64,000 nt of DNA, from the IMG/VR virus record IMGVR_UViG_3300016471_000517, positions 32,001-96,000 of that record; one strand, 5' to 3'. Shown one piece after another: positions 62,568-64,000 of the stretch; the first letter of the stretch is position 1; the number at the start of each line of letters is the position of its first letter. The DNA is from a virus. The position numbers and the translations under genes are program-made. The notes beneath the pieces were generated by a model. The model made no database searches. It was given only the letters and a program-made list of their open reading frames with translations, and was not told the DNA's origin.

Positions 62568-62990
62568 TTACGGTAAGTTTTGTATGTAATTTACTTGAGG
62601 TAATATTTGAATATTGCCTCTTAATAAAGTAGTGATTGTATTTGTGCTCTGATTATTAACCTTAAAATCATATTTGCACATTCTATCCGTTGGCATTTCG
62701 TTTGAAAAACTCCAACCAATGCAAAAATTGCAAGTCCCTCCAGTTGTTCCGGATGCAACACCTATTCCACCAGTAAGTCCACCCGGAGATGTCAATGTCA
62801 TTCCGGGTAAAATTTGTTTACTATAAGAAGCTATTAAAGTAGCTGGATAATATCCATTTCTTACACTTAATTCTACATTATAATTTGAATTAAAATTAAA
62901 AGTAGTTCCAGTATTTTCATCAATAAAAAATTTAGACCACCTTATGGTGTCTCCTTGAACTGCAATGATGTCATAATTTTCTGGATACAT
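62568..62990 (-). CDS. baseplate/tail adaptor-like protein
   Basis: YDI...QGDT...YD......LLRG.I...P.V pattern. Confidence 0.65.
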   Translation of the reverse strand: MYPENYDIIAVQGDTIRWSKFFIDENTGTTFNFNSNYNVELSVRNGYYPATLIASYSKQILPGMTLTSPGGLTGGIGVASGTTGGTCNFCIGWSFSNEMPTDRMCKYDFKVNNQSTNTITTLLRGNIQILPQVNYIQNLP

Positions 62991-63001
62991 TTTTAAAAAA
63001 T

Positions 63002-63024
63002 AATGACCTATATGCTAGGTCATT
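63002..63024. terminator. hairpin
   Basis: AATGACCTA-TATGC-TAGGTCATT. Confidence 0.45.
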
Positions 63025-63043
63025 ATTAAGTATTTATGATTTT

Positions 63044-64000
63044 TTAAAGGGTTACTGCGACTTTGTTTGGATCAAAAGTCAATGTTGTTTTGTTTGCTGT
63101 ATTTTTAACATTTTCTAGGACTTTTGATTGCTGTTCTAACATTTTTTGTTGCCACTCTTGAATTATTTTAGCATATAAATTTTTGTTATTTGCTACTCTT
63201 TCTCTGTGTTCTGCTGGCAAATGTGGTTCAGCAAGAAGTTTTTCACATGCGGCCAAACCCATATGATGCTTTCCTACATGTGCTGCTGTAGTCGCAACTT
63301 CATCAAGAATGCCCCACAAATAATTTGCAGTATCAACAAATAGAATGTGATCCGTTGGCATCGGAATACTTAAGCCCATATTTGCCATGATGAAAGCATT
63401 TTTATTTCTACCATGCTTTCTGTAAATGCATGACATATGATAAAGAGGTTCTACTCTAGATGGTAAAGTTTCATATGCATTCATAAACGCATCAATTACT
63501 TGTTCTACCGGCTTACCGATAATCTCTCTGCACATTCCCACCCGCATCCATGAGTAGAATACTTCTTCGATCCAGTTTCCCATCTTAGTTCGCTTTTCAT
63601 ATTCTACTTCAGCAACATCAAACATGTGAGCATCGAAAGCCGATTGTGCCAAATAAAATTGTTTTCTTGGTTGATCTGGATTTTCATCGATGTACTTCTT
63701 TAGGATGTGATAATCTCGTCTGTATTTTTCACGGTCATCGCCGTTGGTTTCTCTGGATCGGCAACCCTCGGTTCTTACTTCCCATGCATAATCACCCTCT
63801 AGGCGTTGAATGTTCATGGGTTGCTCGCAGCAAGCGTATTCATGCAATGGTTCTTCGTACCACCATTTTTTCTTTCCAACGTTGAATATTTGGGCGCGAT
63901 ACCATTCAAAGGGCCCTCTTTTTATTTTTACAACATAACCGTCAAGATTTAAATCAAATTTATCAACTGGCAAGGTTCCGGTGATAAAATCATCTGCATC
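63044..64000 (-). CDS. glycosyltransferase family 2 with TPR repeats (5' end outside window)
   Basis: DAD at window edge, W.Y.EPLHE, FYLAQS, W.EE..YS. Confidence 0.8.
   Translation of the reverse strand, partial: DADDFITGTLPVDKFDLNLDGYVVKIKRGPFEWYRAQIFNVGKKKWWYEEPLHEYACCEQPMNIQRLEGDYAWEVRTEGCRSRETNGDDREKYRRDYHILKKYIDENPDQPRKQFYLAQSAFDAHMFDVAEVEYEKRTKMGNWIEEVFYSWMRVGMCREIIGKPVEQVIDAFMNAYETLPSRVEPLYHMSCIYRKHGRNKNAFIMANMGLSIPMPTDHILFVDTANYLWGILDEVATTAAHVGKHHMGLAACEKLLAEPHLPAEHRERVANNKNLYAKIIQEWQQKMLEQQSKVLENVKNTANKTTLTFDPNKVAVTL

Noticed and set aside
1-64000. Stop-codon reassignment
   Set aside because: Core genes are full length in the standard code and no suppressor tRNA was seen.

Overview
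64 kb segment of a large T4-like (myovirus-type) dsDNA phage. It has a T4-type replication cluster (family B polymerase, UvsX, gp41 helicase, gp61 primase, ThyX, class II RNR, dUTPase), six tRNAs, sigma70-type early/middle promoters and T4-type (T/C/A)TAAATA late promoters, most of them only 5-8 nt before the start codon. The left 4 kb is a GC-rich early block (CobS-like MoxR ATPase plus vWA partner) punctuated by a repeated inverted-repeat element and followed by an iteron-rich non-coding region. Most notable: (1) a circularly permuted two-piece tmRNA (tag ANIKAAPMRMAA); (2) five capped 26-aa HEAT-repeat genes with hypervariable positions and signs of ongoing shuffling; (3) many late proteins with capsid-targeting-like leaders and unrelated payloads, one with a pre-toxin-TG-like segment plus HExxH domain and one with dockerin-like motifs suggesting a Phycisphaerales (Planctomycetota) host; (4) two unassigned structured RNAs. 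All family calls come from motif recognition by eye; no searches were run.
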